Shown here in pieces: positions 14,513 to 26,480 of a DNA stretch of 64,000 nucleotides. The position numbers and the translations under genes were made by a program. The stretch's first letter is position 1, and every line of letters begins with the position of its first letter. The notes beneath the pieces are model-generated. The model worked only from the letters and a program-made list of their open reading frames with translations. It did not search any database and had not been told where the DNA came from. The DNA is from Moniliella sp. 'wahieum' (lineage: Eukaryota): contig RSEE01000056.1 in assembly GCA_003971905.1 (NCBI GenBank), positions 248,001 through 312,000 on the forward strand, read 5' to 3'.

Positions 14513-14592
14513 TGCGGATGCGGATGCGGATGCGGATGCGGATGCTGCGGATGGGAATAGAGATGCGGATGCGACTGCGACTGCGACTGCGG
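14513..14592. repeat. Hexamer microsatellite (GCGGAT)n/(GCGACT)n
   Basis: Directly visible tandem repeats in the 5' region of the methyltransferase-like gene. Confidence 0.85.
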
Positions 14593-15561
14593 AGGCAGAG
14601 GTGGAGGTGGTGGTGTTGGTACTTGGGTCGTGCATCATGCATCATGGCTGACGGAGCAGCTGGCGTTGGGCCGCAGCGGCTGAAATTAGAGTTCAGTAGC
14701 CGCCGTTGTTGAAACGGGAGCCGCATCGGGACACCGCACACTGCTTCCGTGCGCCGCCGCGGACGGAGACAACGGCCGTCGTAGATTGCGTCTTGCCGCC
14801 TCCAGCGCGGGGGCAGTCAGCGCAGGTCAGTATCAGTGCTCCGTCCTCAAGCCTCAAGCCTCAAGCTTCAAGCTTCCACTCGGTCCGCAGGCCGCCCCTG
14901 CCCGAGAGCTCGAGCGTTCGGGCCCTGCTGAGTGCTCCGCGGCACTCGGCCGCACTCGGAGCTGGCTGCGGCGCACGGAGGTACTGCGGAACGCGTAATG
15001 CAAGGCACAATGCATCCTGTCGCAGATTCCGCAAATCTCAGATCGATCTCAGATGCGCGCCGGCCGATTCAGAATCAGATCTCAGATTCAGATCTTCACC
15101 ACCCAGATCTCAGATCTCACAATCGCCGCTTTCCCGCTCGGCACTTCCTTCGTCGCCATCGCCGCCAGCATCACCACCACCAGTCTACGCCCTCCCCAGC
15201 TCTCCACCGTGGGATAAACGTTTATCTGAGATCTGAATCTGAGCAGCAATAATAAAACTCTGCCTCCCTCACTTAATCCGACCTAGGCCTAGCGCCTACA
15301 TGAGGCGTCACGCGTTGCGCGTCACGCGTCACGCGTCATGCTTCATCAATCATTTCATTGCCTCTCATATATTGGTCACACGGAAGCGAAGATGACGATG
15401 ATAGATGAATGGCATTGCAGAGGCGGTCCACAGACTACATGAAGTGCATGTGACGGCACTCTCACTCCAATCTCCATCGCTGGCCTCGGCCATCGATCAC
15501 CCCGATGGAGAGCGTATCACATATCAGGTGATGGAACGTATGGACAGGCTAGTACCTCTGT

Positions 15562-15716
15562 TGTGACGCCACACTGGCGTAGTGGCGCCGGTAGCCCAAG
15601 TCCGGAACCTTCTGGTTTGTTCCGTGCAATATTCCTTCCTGGCTGGCAGGAATATTCTAGCCTCTGTAGCTCATGTGCAATGCAATACACTACCAACTGC
15701 CTGCTCTGGTCTAACA
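15562..15716 (+). mobile_element. Solo LTR-like element, family A (155 bp)
   Basis: TGTGAC...CTAACA flanked by a perfect 5-bp TSD TCTGT; homologous to 48667-48828; strand is arbitrary. Confidence 0.85.
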
Positions 15717-18532
15717 TCTGTTGAACAAGAGCTGATGCACTGGTGAAAAAGATGGCCGATAATCGGGGTATAACCGGGGTAACCGGTAACCGGTAACACA
15801 GTATCGAACGGCCAAACAAGCCGCACGGGACTGAAGTTCCCTGGTCCAGCCAGAGTCTCAGGGCTTCATAGCCTCGGCCTGCCGTCACTAGCGTCACTAT
15901 AGTCACTTGACCGCACATTGAAGCTTAAAGGCTAGTCACTAGTCAGCAGCCAGCACTCAGCGAACTACTCTCAACTCTAATGGACAGCGCCAAGGCCCAA
16001 CAAGGATCATAGAAGGGGACCGTATTAGGTCAACCAAAGTGGGTAGCATTACGTTGTATGAGCGTCAGCAGAGTGGACCCCGCTTGTGCCTATATGAGAG
16101 CTTGTAAGCACCTGCAAGCTGCACACTTCTGCCCCGCTACCAATGCCCTGACCACCAATGAGAGCAGGTGCATATTGAACAGAGATTCTCTTGTGGCCCG
16201 CTTATGGTTCCTGTATATACTTACGTGCCAGGAGAGGGGAGGAAGCAGCTGATTCACCCCTTTGAGTTCATGAACTGTTCACAGAGGAGAGAAAGCCATT
16301 GAACTTGAACTGTGAACATGTGAACTGACACCGTTGTGTGACCGAGAAAAGGAGACGATATAATACGCGAGAGATTGAGCTGCGACAGACCCTCCTCACA
16401 TTGAAAGAAAGATCTCCGGCGTTCGCGCCCACGGCTCTCGAGGTAGAACCCTACACAGATAATGAGGAAAAGGGGGAGAGCGCTAAACATAGGTACTGTG
16501 ATCCTTAGATCCGCAGCTGAGGGGGGGCAACGATATAAGCATGCATACACACGCCTCGGGAAACTCCCCCAAAACCATGCGGGCCCGCATGCACTTCTTG
16601 TTCGCCCTTGAAGTGTTAAATCCATTGAAGTCACCTGGTAAACGAGAACTCCGACACACAGGTCAATAAAAGGGGCAATCAACGCATCGTCCGTATGAAT
16701 TAAGGTTGACCCACCGGATGGCTCGTGCGTTTGACCAAGGTCCCTCCGTCCCTCATTAAACCTAGGAGTGCTATTGTTTTCTCGCGGTTCTGTTTTTCCT
16801 TGTTCCGCAGAACCAGGTCAAGTGACGATGACTTGCTGCTTCTTGTCCCTTTCTGTAGGGTTGTTTGGTTTTGGCATAGAGGCCAAAACCACACATCACT
16901 GGTACGGTTGCATATCCCTCGAGGACAATTCTAGGTCTCAGTTAGGGAGGGCTGATACCAGAAGGATGTACACTCTTGTGCGCCCGGTATATGTATTTCG
17001 AGAGAGAAGACACATTGCAATGGATGTAGAGCAGACTGTGAGTGCCTCTGATACGCGCAATTAAGGAGTCAAAAGACAGTCCATGATGGACAAGCAGAGC
17101 CGCAAAGGTCATGACGTGTTCCGTTTCGACGGGCCTGAGCATGGACGCTATCGATGCTATGGCGGTCCTTGCAGTGCGTATACACGCCGCTGAAGTCGCA
17201 AGGTGTTTTCAGATGTGGGCACGATGATAGAGCCTGGAGTGGGGGCGACCAGCGGAATTGGAGCAGATACTTCCGCCAGTTTGAGTGGCCAAAGGCTCGA
17301 CAGAGCTAGACCACAAACAAGCAATTGCTAGTCAACTAGTGTCACATGTCACTCTAGTGACTAGTGACTACTGAGTCACAGTCTGAGCACTGTAGCTCCG
17401 CCTGAGCTACGCAGTGTGCTCCAGCGCACAATTGCCGACACCGGGCTGTGCAGCCAATGCGCCGAGCGCGGTGGCCGGTGGCCGGTGGAGGCCCATTGCG
17501 CATGCAGCAGGGGGGCACAGACACGCACACGGCGCAGCCAGGAATTAGTACTGTCACGCGTCACGCGTCACGTGTCACGCGCACGCATTATGCATCACAT
17601 GCATCACGCATCTTGAAGCATACCGTCACACGTCATGCATCATGGCGTCATCGCGTCATGCTTGCTGCAAGCATGCTGCAAATGACCCGTGTTTCCCTCC
17701 GCCACCGCTTTACCCACACCTCTCTCTGCCCCATTATTGCTTGCCTTCTTCGCTTCCTTCGCGGCTTGGCCGGGCCTCCGACCTATGTTCAGACCGAAGG
17801 AGGAAGGTCTATGTGGGTGGAGTAGCGGGAGGCCACACCCGGTCAAGGCCCCCGCCAAGTCCAGTTGGGGCCAGCGTCAGGTTCCGCACGGTTGCGCTCA
17901 GCAGACTCGGGTTGCGGGGAATCGCGTCTCGGCAGGCTCGAGGCCAGGGGGGCGCTGATGCTGTGTACTGACGCTGCAGAGCCCCAGTGCCCGGGAGGGG
18001 CGCTTCGAATTGCTTCTTCCGCAGCGCAGCCCAACGGGACACAGGCCGGATGCCGGGCTGATAAGCCCAACTGCCCCGCTGCCCGCAGCCAGCCACGCGT
18101 CCGCCCGTTCAGACTGCACAGGCGACACTGCCCGTCTGCGGTGCTGCGTCACGACGAAATGGCGCACGACACTGGCCTAGTGGCTGCCACCGGGATTGGG
18201 TACGTGTCGCGCGCGCCCGCACCTCACGGGTCAAATCCGTAGTTGACCGATGATGAGAGCGGACGTATATAGGGGAGCGCCCGCCGCTGCGCACCACCCA
18301 CCGCCACAGCCCGCCGCCCCCTGTCAGGATCACAGGGCCACAGCCGATCCCCTGTTTTTGAAATTGCAACGCGTGCCGGTTCTCAATAACCTCTGCTTCT
18401 CCTGAGTGACCAACAGCCCAAAGGAGGCTCAGCCCCGTGCACAGTACAACACAGTCTTGGCACCGTTGCCGTCGCCGTCGCCGTCGCCGCCGTTCTTGTC
18501 AATACTGCATCTCCACCAGACCTCATTCTCCG

Positions 18533-19292
18533 ATGGTTAGTCTTGCCCTTCCTGGGGCGGGTGCGCCTGGTGCCGACCTCGCCCCGGTCCCGGCTCCGGC
18601 TCCGGCTCTGGCTCTGCCTAAGCAACTCGCCTCCGCCGCACCGACGGTCGCCGCCACCCCTGTCACCCCCGCTGCCGCACAGCACGAGGTTTTGCCCACG
18701 CTGCAGTAAGTCGGTTTTCTCCTTGTCCTGAGCGCCTAAGCTCACATGGTTCATGTTGCGCAGAAATATTGTTGCAACAGTGAACCTCGAGGTGCGCTTG
18801 GACCTCAAGACGATTGCTCTGCGTGCTCGCAATGCCGAGTACAACCCCAAACGGTTTGCTGCTGTCATTATGCGTATTCGTGAACCACGGACGACAGCGT
18901 TGCTCTTCGCATCGGGTAAGATGGTGGTGACGGGTGCCAAGTCCGAGGACGACAGCCGTCTGGCCAGCCGCAAGTATGCGCGCATTGTTCAAAAGCTGGG
19001 CTTTGAGGCCAAGTTTTCAGAGTTTAAGATTCAAAACATTGTGGGATCTTGCGACGTGGGTTTCCCCATCCGCCTTGAGGGACTGGCCTATTCGCACGGC
19101 CCATTCACTTCATATGAACCTGAGCTCTTCCCCGGGCTCATTTACCGCATGGTCAAACCCAAGGTTGTTCTACTTGTGTTCGTCTCGGGCAAGATTGTTC
19201 TCACGGGTGCCAAACATCGTGACGAGATCTATGATGCCTTCCGATTGATCAAGCCTGTGCTCGCCGAGTTCCAGGCTGCACCGAAGCCTTGA
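18533..19292 (+). CDS. SPT15: TATA-box binding protein
   Basis: [58 protein letters not shown]; intron 18706-18763. Confidence 0.98.
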
Positions 19293-20278
19293 TTGTTGTC
19301 GGTTATACATGGTGCGTCTCCAAGACGCGCCCACCGTCATACGCGCGTTATTTTCTCTCGCGGGCCCGGCCTTTCGTTCACTTACATTGGACCTTCGGAG
19401 AGAGGACTTGGTTTCATCGCATACCTCTCTCTCATTTTCAGCACGTTTCCTCTTCCTTTCCTGTACCCATCTTCCCCTCTCCCTCTCCCCTTCAGCACTA
19501 CATTGTACAGCATGTAAAACAGGTCCATCTCATCCATCAAAGTGACCAATCATTTTGTCGTTTGGTGTGCAGATGAGTATGAGCCTTGGACCGTCGCACA
19601 GTTTACTTGTCCCTTCCGGTTTGGCCTCAGTGAGATTTTTTGCCAAGCAGCAGAGCGCTTTTAACGCCTAGCGGTTAGTATACCAGCGAGACCCATTACG
19701 TGAGCAATAGCGCCTACGTCTCTTGATCGAGATCCTATTACTGGCGCATTTATAATCTTCGAAGATGTCAGACAGGACAATGCGACGCAACGCACGCAAT
19801 GGAGGCACTACACCTCCACACCAGGCTGGCGATGCATGATGCATGATGTGGGCTGAGATTCTGAGACGCAGCAGCGGTGGGTTGAACTTCAACAACGTGG
19901 AGACGTTGAGTCGAAGCTGATCGTGGGAGCGGAGGAACTGGGAAGCGGTCCAGGTCTGGGTCTATTCGGCCTGTCGAGCCGGAATAGCCGCCGGGCGGGG
20001 CCTGGCCTGGGCGTATTCCCCGCAGCTGAGAGAATGCCTATCGATTATCGGTGATGCCGATTATGTACGCCCCCTCTTTTCCCCGGTCACACCGCCAGCG
20101 TGTCACATGTCACGCGTCTTCAGGCGGACAAGTTGTGTTTCAGCTGCTGCCGTTTGGGTGAGGCAAACTGCAACAGCAACCAGAAGCCAGAGGACCAGCA
20201 CGTCCTGGCTGAAGACTCTCTTCTCTTCCCACCACCTCAGCCTTCGCGCGCCGGGCTCCGCTCTTTTTCTCCACCAGC

Positions 20279-21375
20279 ATGTCTGCTCCCTCGCCGTCGG
20301 CGCCCAAGCGTACGCTATCTCCCCCTTCCTGCCTCCGTCTTTCACTAACACCCATCCCTACGCCCCTCAGCACTGCCCTTCTATGCCCAGTTCTCGGCTG
20401 GCGCCATTGCTGGTGTGACGGAGTTGCTCTGCCTCTATCCGCTTGGTACGTTCCTCCTCCCCTGTTCGTGCGTCTGCCTGCGTATCTTCATACTGACCTG
20501 AAACAGATGTGGTCAAGACGCGGATGCAGCTGCAGACTGCGGGCTCCGGCCCGCAGTACAAGAACATGTTTGACTGTTTCGCCCAGATCATCAAGACGGA
20601 AGGGCCCCGGACGCTTTACCGTGGCTTGGGTGCGCCCATTTGCCTCGAGGCACCCAAGAGGGCAGTCAAGTTTGCTGCGAACGACTTTTGGGGTGCTCAG
20701 TTCCGCCAGTTGACAGGCGCAACGCACATGACCCAAGGGCTGGCTCTGTTGACTGGGTGCGCGGGGGTGCAACGGAAAGCTTTGTGGTGACGCCCTTTGA
20801 GCTGGTCAAAATCCGCCTGCAGGACAAAGCTTCGGCCAAGCTCTACTCGGGCCCCATTGACGTGGCCAAGAAGATCATCCTGGCCCACGGGCCGCTGGGG
20901 CTGTACAAGGGCATGGAATCGACTTTCTGGCGGCACGTGGCTTGGAACGGCGGGTACTTTGGCTGCATTTACCAAGTCAAAGGTCTCTTGCCCACCGCGA
21001 CTGTACGTCTGCCTTCTTTTTATGCGTGAGAGTGTCTGAGTGTTGACCGTTCCTTTTCCAGACCAAGACGCAGGAGCTGACCAACAACTTCATCTCCGGT
21101 GCCATTGGCGGCGGTGTCGGCACGGCCATCAACACCCCCTTTGATGTGGTTAAAAGCCGGATCCAGAGCTCCAACCCTGCGCCAGGGGTGGTGCCCAAGT
21201 ACAACTGGACCTTCCCCTCGCTCGCGCTGATCGCGCGGGAAGAAGGATTCAGCGCGTTGTACAAGGGCTTTGCGCCCAAGGTCCTCCGTCTCGCGCCGGG
21301 AGGTGGTGTCTTGCTTCTTGTAGTTGAGGCAGTGCTGAACCAGTGGCGCAACCTCCTGGGCCCCCTTACAAGTAA
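20279..21375 (+). CDS. ODC1: Mitochondrial 2-oxodicarboxylate carrier
   Basis: PLPFYAQFSAGAIAGVTELLCLYPLDVVKTRMQ, EAPKRAVKFAAN, PFELVKIRLQ, KYNWTFPSL, PKVLRLAPGGG; three introns. Confidence 0.93.
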
Positions 21376-21658
21376 TCTGCCCCTCTCTCGTCCTATTGTC
21401 GATCTCTCCTCTGGTATGAAACGATGTGCTTTTCTCTTCTGGGTATTTTTTCTCTGTTGCAGCTAGAAACAGGTAGGAAGACTGCATGCCTTGTCCACTC
21501 TCAATTTCACCCTGGCCGGCGCGAGTGTGTTTCCTATCAACAGAGTAATGCAATGTTTCCGCATCAGACGCCCCTTCCCTTAGCCAGTGTAGCTACGACT
21601 ACTCTGTTATACAGAACATAGGTGCATTGGCAAGTAGTCCACGAATCTGAGCTGAGGC

Positions 21659-22095
21659 TTAATGCTCGGCGTGGATCTCAATGGGCTTGGCAGCCTCTTT
21701 GAGGTATTCAGAGATGGACAGGCCCGCGTCGGTCACGCCCTCCGTCTTGGGAGGTTCAGCATGATCAGGCTCGGCGGCTGCGTACGCATCCAACTCACTG
21801 GCCAAGGCGGAAGAGGAGGGAAGCGCAGGGGGTGTGGGCCCCTTGGGCGCAGCAAACTCACGCACCACACCCACGTGTGCATCGGCGGCCTACGAAGCAC
21901 AGTCAGCACACCATGTTTGTTGTCCGCCAAGGGAGAGCAGAGCAAGACGAAACACACCTTGGGCGCCGGCTTGAAGTTCTTCAGGTTGACCAAGTACAGG
22001 TCCTGAACAACGTCGCGTCTCAGCGCCGAGGTGGCCAAGGTGCGCGATCCCCGCAGAGCGGGCGCGGCCGCACGGACAAGCAGACGCGCAGACAT
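21659..22095 (-). CDS. ATP14: Mitochondrial ATP synthase subunit h
   Basis: Mitochondrial presequence, then DVVQDLYLVNLKNFKP, intron, AADAHVGVVREFAAP..LASELDAY. Confidence 0.9.
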
Positions 22096-22647
22096 GGCGG
22101 CACAGACGGGTCGAGGAGCAGCGGTGGAGCAGCACAAGCGGCGTTATGCGCTTGCCGCTTCAATTTGAAGTTCAAGTCAAGTGTGATGTCACCGTGACAC
22201 GGGACATGTGACAGTGTGTCAAGTTGAACGTTCAAGTTGACCATTGAACTTGAACGTTTTAGACCAAGGCGCCGAGGCCCGAGGCTTCGGCGTCTTCAAT
22301 TTCAAGGACCGACCCGACCCGCCCATCCAGCCTAGCCGAGGGAGAAGCAGCGGCACCGGCATATTCCGAGCCTCCTCTCCACAGCACTGCCCCCATGCTT
22401 CCTGGGCTTTCCTGTGCCAGCTGGCGCGATCCGGCACAGGGGTAGTCCTTTCTGAGGTTAGCTAATCGCCATCAACCCTACTGCGTCACACCCGAGACGG
22501 GGCACCAGAGCGCTCTTCCCCCCGAGCAGGTGGGCTTGGCCTGTGCACCGATCTCGGGTGCTGATGGCTGGGCAAGCCAGCAAGGCCACTCTGGGTCCCG
22601 CCAGGTCAATCCACCCCCACCACTCTCCCTTGCTTCCGCCACTCACC

Positions 22648-23188
22648 ATGATTGCTCCCCTTCGCCGCGCCACCCTCGCTGCCCCTCGCATGTTCGGCCA
22701 AGTCCGCTTCGCCTCCGGCCCGGCCGGCTCCTCGTCTTCTGGTGCGACGGCCAACTCGGCGTCCTACAAGAACCGCGAGCAGGGCGAGGAGACCGTTTAC
22801 ATTAAGCAGCACGAGGCTGAGCAGCTGAAGAAGTGTACGTCCTTCGTTATTTTGACCGCAGTGGTCGGTCTCCTGCCCGCACTAGTTGCGACTAACCTGT
22901 CCACACATTTTCCCCCTACACAGACAAGGAGAAGATCGAGGCCCACAAGAAGGAGATTGAGAAGGTACGTAACTCATTCCCTGTTACACTAGCTGGCTCT
23001 TCTCTCCCTCCCTGCATTCTTTTTGGTCCAGCATGCCGTCCTTTGCATGTTTTCTTTCACGGGGCGGCATGACTATTGGGCGGGAGGAAGCGGTTGGCCT
23101 TTGTACTTGAGTGATTGCCGTATGGATGACATGTCTGACCTCTTTTTTCCAGCTCGAGGCCGAGGTCAAGGACATCGAGTCAAAGTAA
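22648..23188 (+). CDS. INH1: Mitochondrial F1Fo-ATPase inhibitor (IF1)
   Basis: Presequence, GATANSASYKNREQGEETVYIKQHEAEQLKK|YKEKIEAHKKEIEK|LEAEVKDIESK*; introns about 22834-22923 and 22965-23152. Confidence 0.88.
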
Positions 23189-23472
23189 ACCAATCTACAG
23201 CTTGCTCCAATTCATCTTGCCCCATATGTGTTCATTGTCCAACACATCCACCGATTTTGGAGTGTTCTCAGTGACCTCTAGCAGGAACCCCTTCCGGACC
23301 CATATGGACGAAGGGGCTTTGGATCCGCAAACCACTCGGTAGTGTAGGTGGCTTGAAAGGAAAGGTTACGCATGTATGGCAACTCAGTCGGGTCGAAGTG
23401 GATGAGATAGTCATTTTGGGGCGAGCCAAAAAGCACGTCAGGAAAGCGGCCCATTCCGCAATCAAAAATGTT

Positions 23473-23565
23473 TCTCCCTCTGGGAGTCGAACCCAGGACA
23501 TTCAGAGCGACGATAGCCGCGTGACCAATTACAATCTGACGCTCTTCCAACTGAGCTAAGGAGAG
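23473..23565 (-). tRNA. tRNA-Tyr(GTA) with intron
   Basis: CTCTCCT TA GCTC..GAGC, anticodon stem TCAGA/TCTGA around TT-GTA-A plus intron, CTGGG TTCGACT CCCAG; acceptor stem is one G short relative to the 37781 copy. Confidence 0.93.
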
Positions 23566-24399
23566 GGCTGTGTCATTGTTGACTCTTCTTCCCACCAACC
23601 GTTAAAGAACATGGTCTATCCCTCAGCCTCTCATTTTCCGTAGCAGTATTTATGGTAGCCTTCGAGCATCCCCATCAAACACAGATCCCTCTTGCGACAC
23701 CACACTGCGATCGCAGCGCAAATAGCCTAAACTCGGGTCAACTCTCCAATGCATACAGCTTCCCGGAGAACTGCGTTCAATCCCGCATCAATGCACAGAT
23801 AGTATACTTGCAGTGTCTAGCTTCTCTGTAATGCAGTCACTGGTTGCTCTCTGGCCTCTAAATTCTTTCTCATTTTCTTCCACACACTGATTGGAAGATG
23901 CTGGGACCTGTTGGGACCTCGCCTGCACCCGGCGTGACCCTCTCTCACATCGCTTGAATTCCTGCCAGGTGGAGAGAGGCGATGCGCCGTGACGGGCATC
24001 GTCTCTTACCACCCTTCTGAATCCTTTACTGCGTCCCCGTGTCATTAATTGCTATACCCCCAAAATGGAGGTTACGATGCAGTTTGTGCTAATGTGAAGA
24101 GGAGAGTGTGGACTCCGGAAATGTATGTGAAGGCTATTAGAAAAGGGGGCATACACAGGGCTTTTTATCCATACACAAAAAGAACACCTTGGAACACAAG
24201 AGAAGAGCATCCGGACGGATATGAGCTGGTCAGACCAATCGCCCTCGTGCCGGAAAGATGGCGTATAAAGGCATCGCCGCAGTAGTTCCTGGTGACGAAA
24301 CATTATGCACCAAGGGAGCACATATAGGTCGATGCATGCTCGGGCAAGCCGCTGGCTGTGGTCGCCGGTCACCGGTCACGCGTGACGAACAAAAAAATG

Positions 24400-24485
24400 T
24401 TCCCCAACCGGGAGTCGAACCCGGGTCTTCACGGATCAGCGAATTGCTTGAAAGCGTGACATCATAGCCGTTGGACCATTGAGGA
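24400..24485 (-). tRNA. tRNA-Glu(TTC) with intron
   Basis: TCCTCAA/TTGGGGA acceptor, TCACG CT-TTC-A..CGTGA, CCGGG TTCGACT CCCGG, downstream T-run terminator. Confidence 0.93.
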
Positions 24486-24740
24486 CTAATTGAACAGGCC
24501 GCTTTGGAAAGGTTTATCAGCTTGCGGCCTGCAGGTCATATATCCTTCACATTTGATCTTGTCTCCTCAGACAAACCCGGTCCACGTAGGACGACCCGAA
24601 GCCAGGCCCAGTCGCAAAATCGGGCGTCTCCACCTCTTTGTGATACCACCTCTCTCATTCTAAAGCGACGCAGTTTTTGCCGTGGTGCGAGGTGGTGAGT
24701 AGCGCACTCTGACTGCTGCGGCTGTGCCACACCTCAACCG

Positions 24741-24972
24741 TGTCCTTACTGGACTTGACATTATTGGGGCGCTCATTGTCAGCTCTTGGCTGGTCTTTCT
24801 ATCATTTCCAATTTCTTCGTCCTGAGCCTCTCGTGCCTTCTCACTTCTGCCGCCTCGCGCCATTATGTCCTCTGCTCTTGCTTCTCCGCGAACGATTGCT
24901 GCAATCCTTGTGACCTTTTAGTAGTAGTCTCGGATCTGGTCTCCCTCGCCTTACTAGCCCCGACTGTGTGCA
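24741..24972 (+). mobile_element. Solo LTR-like element, family B (diverged)
   Basis: Shares TTTCCAATTTCTTCGTCC, GAACGATTGC and TGGTCTCCCTCG..TAGCCCCGACTGT with the other B copies; no TSD seen. Confidence 0.65.
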
Positions 24973-25893
24973 GCCCCTTTCACCCTGGCTATCCGCATAC
25001 GTTGGGAAAGTGGAGAGAGATAACGTAGTGGGCATGTCAATAATGGACGAGCGGAACTCTTCCGCCCGGTTAAGTGAGCGTCACCGATCCACCGAGGGCC
25101 GTGCAAGGGAACCCCAGCACTACCCTCCAACAGAAGCAAGCGAAGGCTGCGAAGGCACTAAGAATGTCATCCGATAGCACTTCCTCGTAATGGATAGTCA
25201 TCACCTTCTCTCGGACATATATCTATTGACAGCAACACATTGAACCACATTCATGTTTGCTGATGCAAGTGTGTTTGCTTTTTGTATAATGGGTAGAAAT
25301 ACTTCTTCTCTTAACAGAATCCATCAACACGGTATAGGTGACAGAAAAGGGGGGGGAGAGGAGGCTATGGTTGGTGGAATGAATGATCTGTGCAAGTTCA
25401 GTGTATAGGTGCACCGTGGCAGTTACGATAACAAATCGTATATACGCACTAAAAGAGAACCAACGGTGTATGTGTTGTCTACGGTCTTTTTCTCTATGAA
25501 CGCATGTATGCCTGGGCTGTAATGATCGAGAAAAACGACGGTCGGAGAGCTAGTACCATTGATGAGACATAAAAGCAAATTGTTCGATAAAACAAACATC
25601 AAAGACGGTCACCACAACAAGGAGATAGGCGAGAGTATACAGGGAGGAGAGAGAGACACACAGGGCGAGGCGTTACCTCAGAAAGAAAAGAAAGGCCCAA
25701 AATGACGCATGACGGTGGCGGCCACATACGGAAAAGGGCAGAGGTGTATGTAAACACCTTGGAGAGCTCGTCCGTACGATACGCATCCTCCGTCCCGAAA
25801 CAGAAGAGAAAAAATGGAATGTGGGTGTGGTAACATACACACACACAGTTGATGCAGGTCGCGCGCAAACGCGTGGACTCCAGATAAAGCATA

Positions 25894-26480
25894 TTAGTTG
25901 AAGGAGACGATGCGCACACCGTTAATCACCCCCTTTTTGAGAGGGCAAGGGCAGAGAAGACAGCCTTGGTTGCATCAAGGTGCTTCAAAGAGAAAAGAGA
26001 GAGAAATAGATGTCAGTAAAGTGTGTCTAGAAGAGGAGACCGAACGCATGTACTTACATGAGGACTACATCCCTCACATTGGTCAACCACGGTGGCGCGC
26101 ACCATCTTTCCGTACTACACGAAGATAAAAGAGTTAGTATACCAAGTGCAAACGGGCATCAGGTCGTGGGAGAAGACCGGAAGATGAAAAATGGAATGGT
26201 GAAGAGTAGATGTACGTACGCGTGTAGTTGGACCTTAGCCCCGCAGCGATAAGGCGAGTTTTTACCCACGGCAACAACAAGGTCCCAGTCGTGGGGCCTG
26301 GAACCACCGCAAGCCGGATGTCGAGTGACGAACCAGAGTACCAAGTCAACTTTCCCATTTTTATAGCGGAAGCCGCGCTTGGCCATGGCATCAGCATCAG
26401 TGTTGGTTGAGTTGGGGATTACAGCAGCCGAAGCAATGGCGGCCATGTAGGCCCGTGGCAACGATGGTCGAGAGCTGCAT
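25894..26480 (-). CDS. Small secreted RlpA-like double-psi beta-barrel (loosenin/expansin-like) protein
   Basis: Signal peptide MQLSTIVAT..MAAIASA, KR site, GKLTWYSG..PACGG, DLVVAV, CGAKVQL | VRATVVDQCEGC | HLDATKAVFSALA..GVI; two introns; not captured as one ORF. Confidence 0.85.

Noticed and set aside
16000..17300. AT-richer stretch with a longish minus-strand frame, as a gene or LTR internal region
   Set aside because: No recognisable motif, and the neighbouring LTR has its own TSD so it is solo
18249..18275. GATGATGA as a snoRNA C box
   Set aside because: No convincing D box or terminal stem; the region looks like the TBP promoter with a TATATA element
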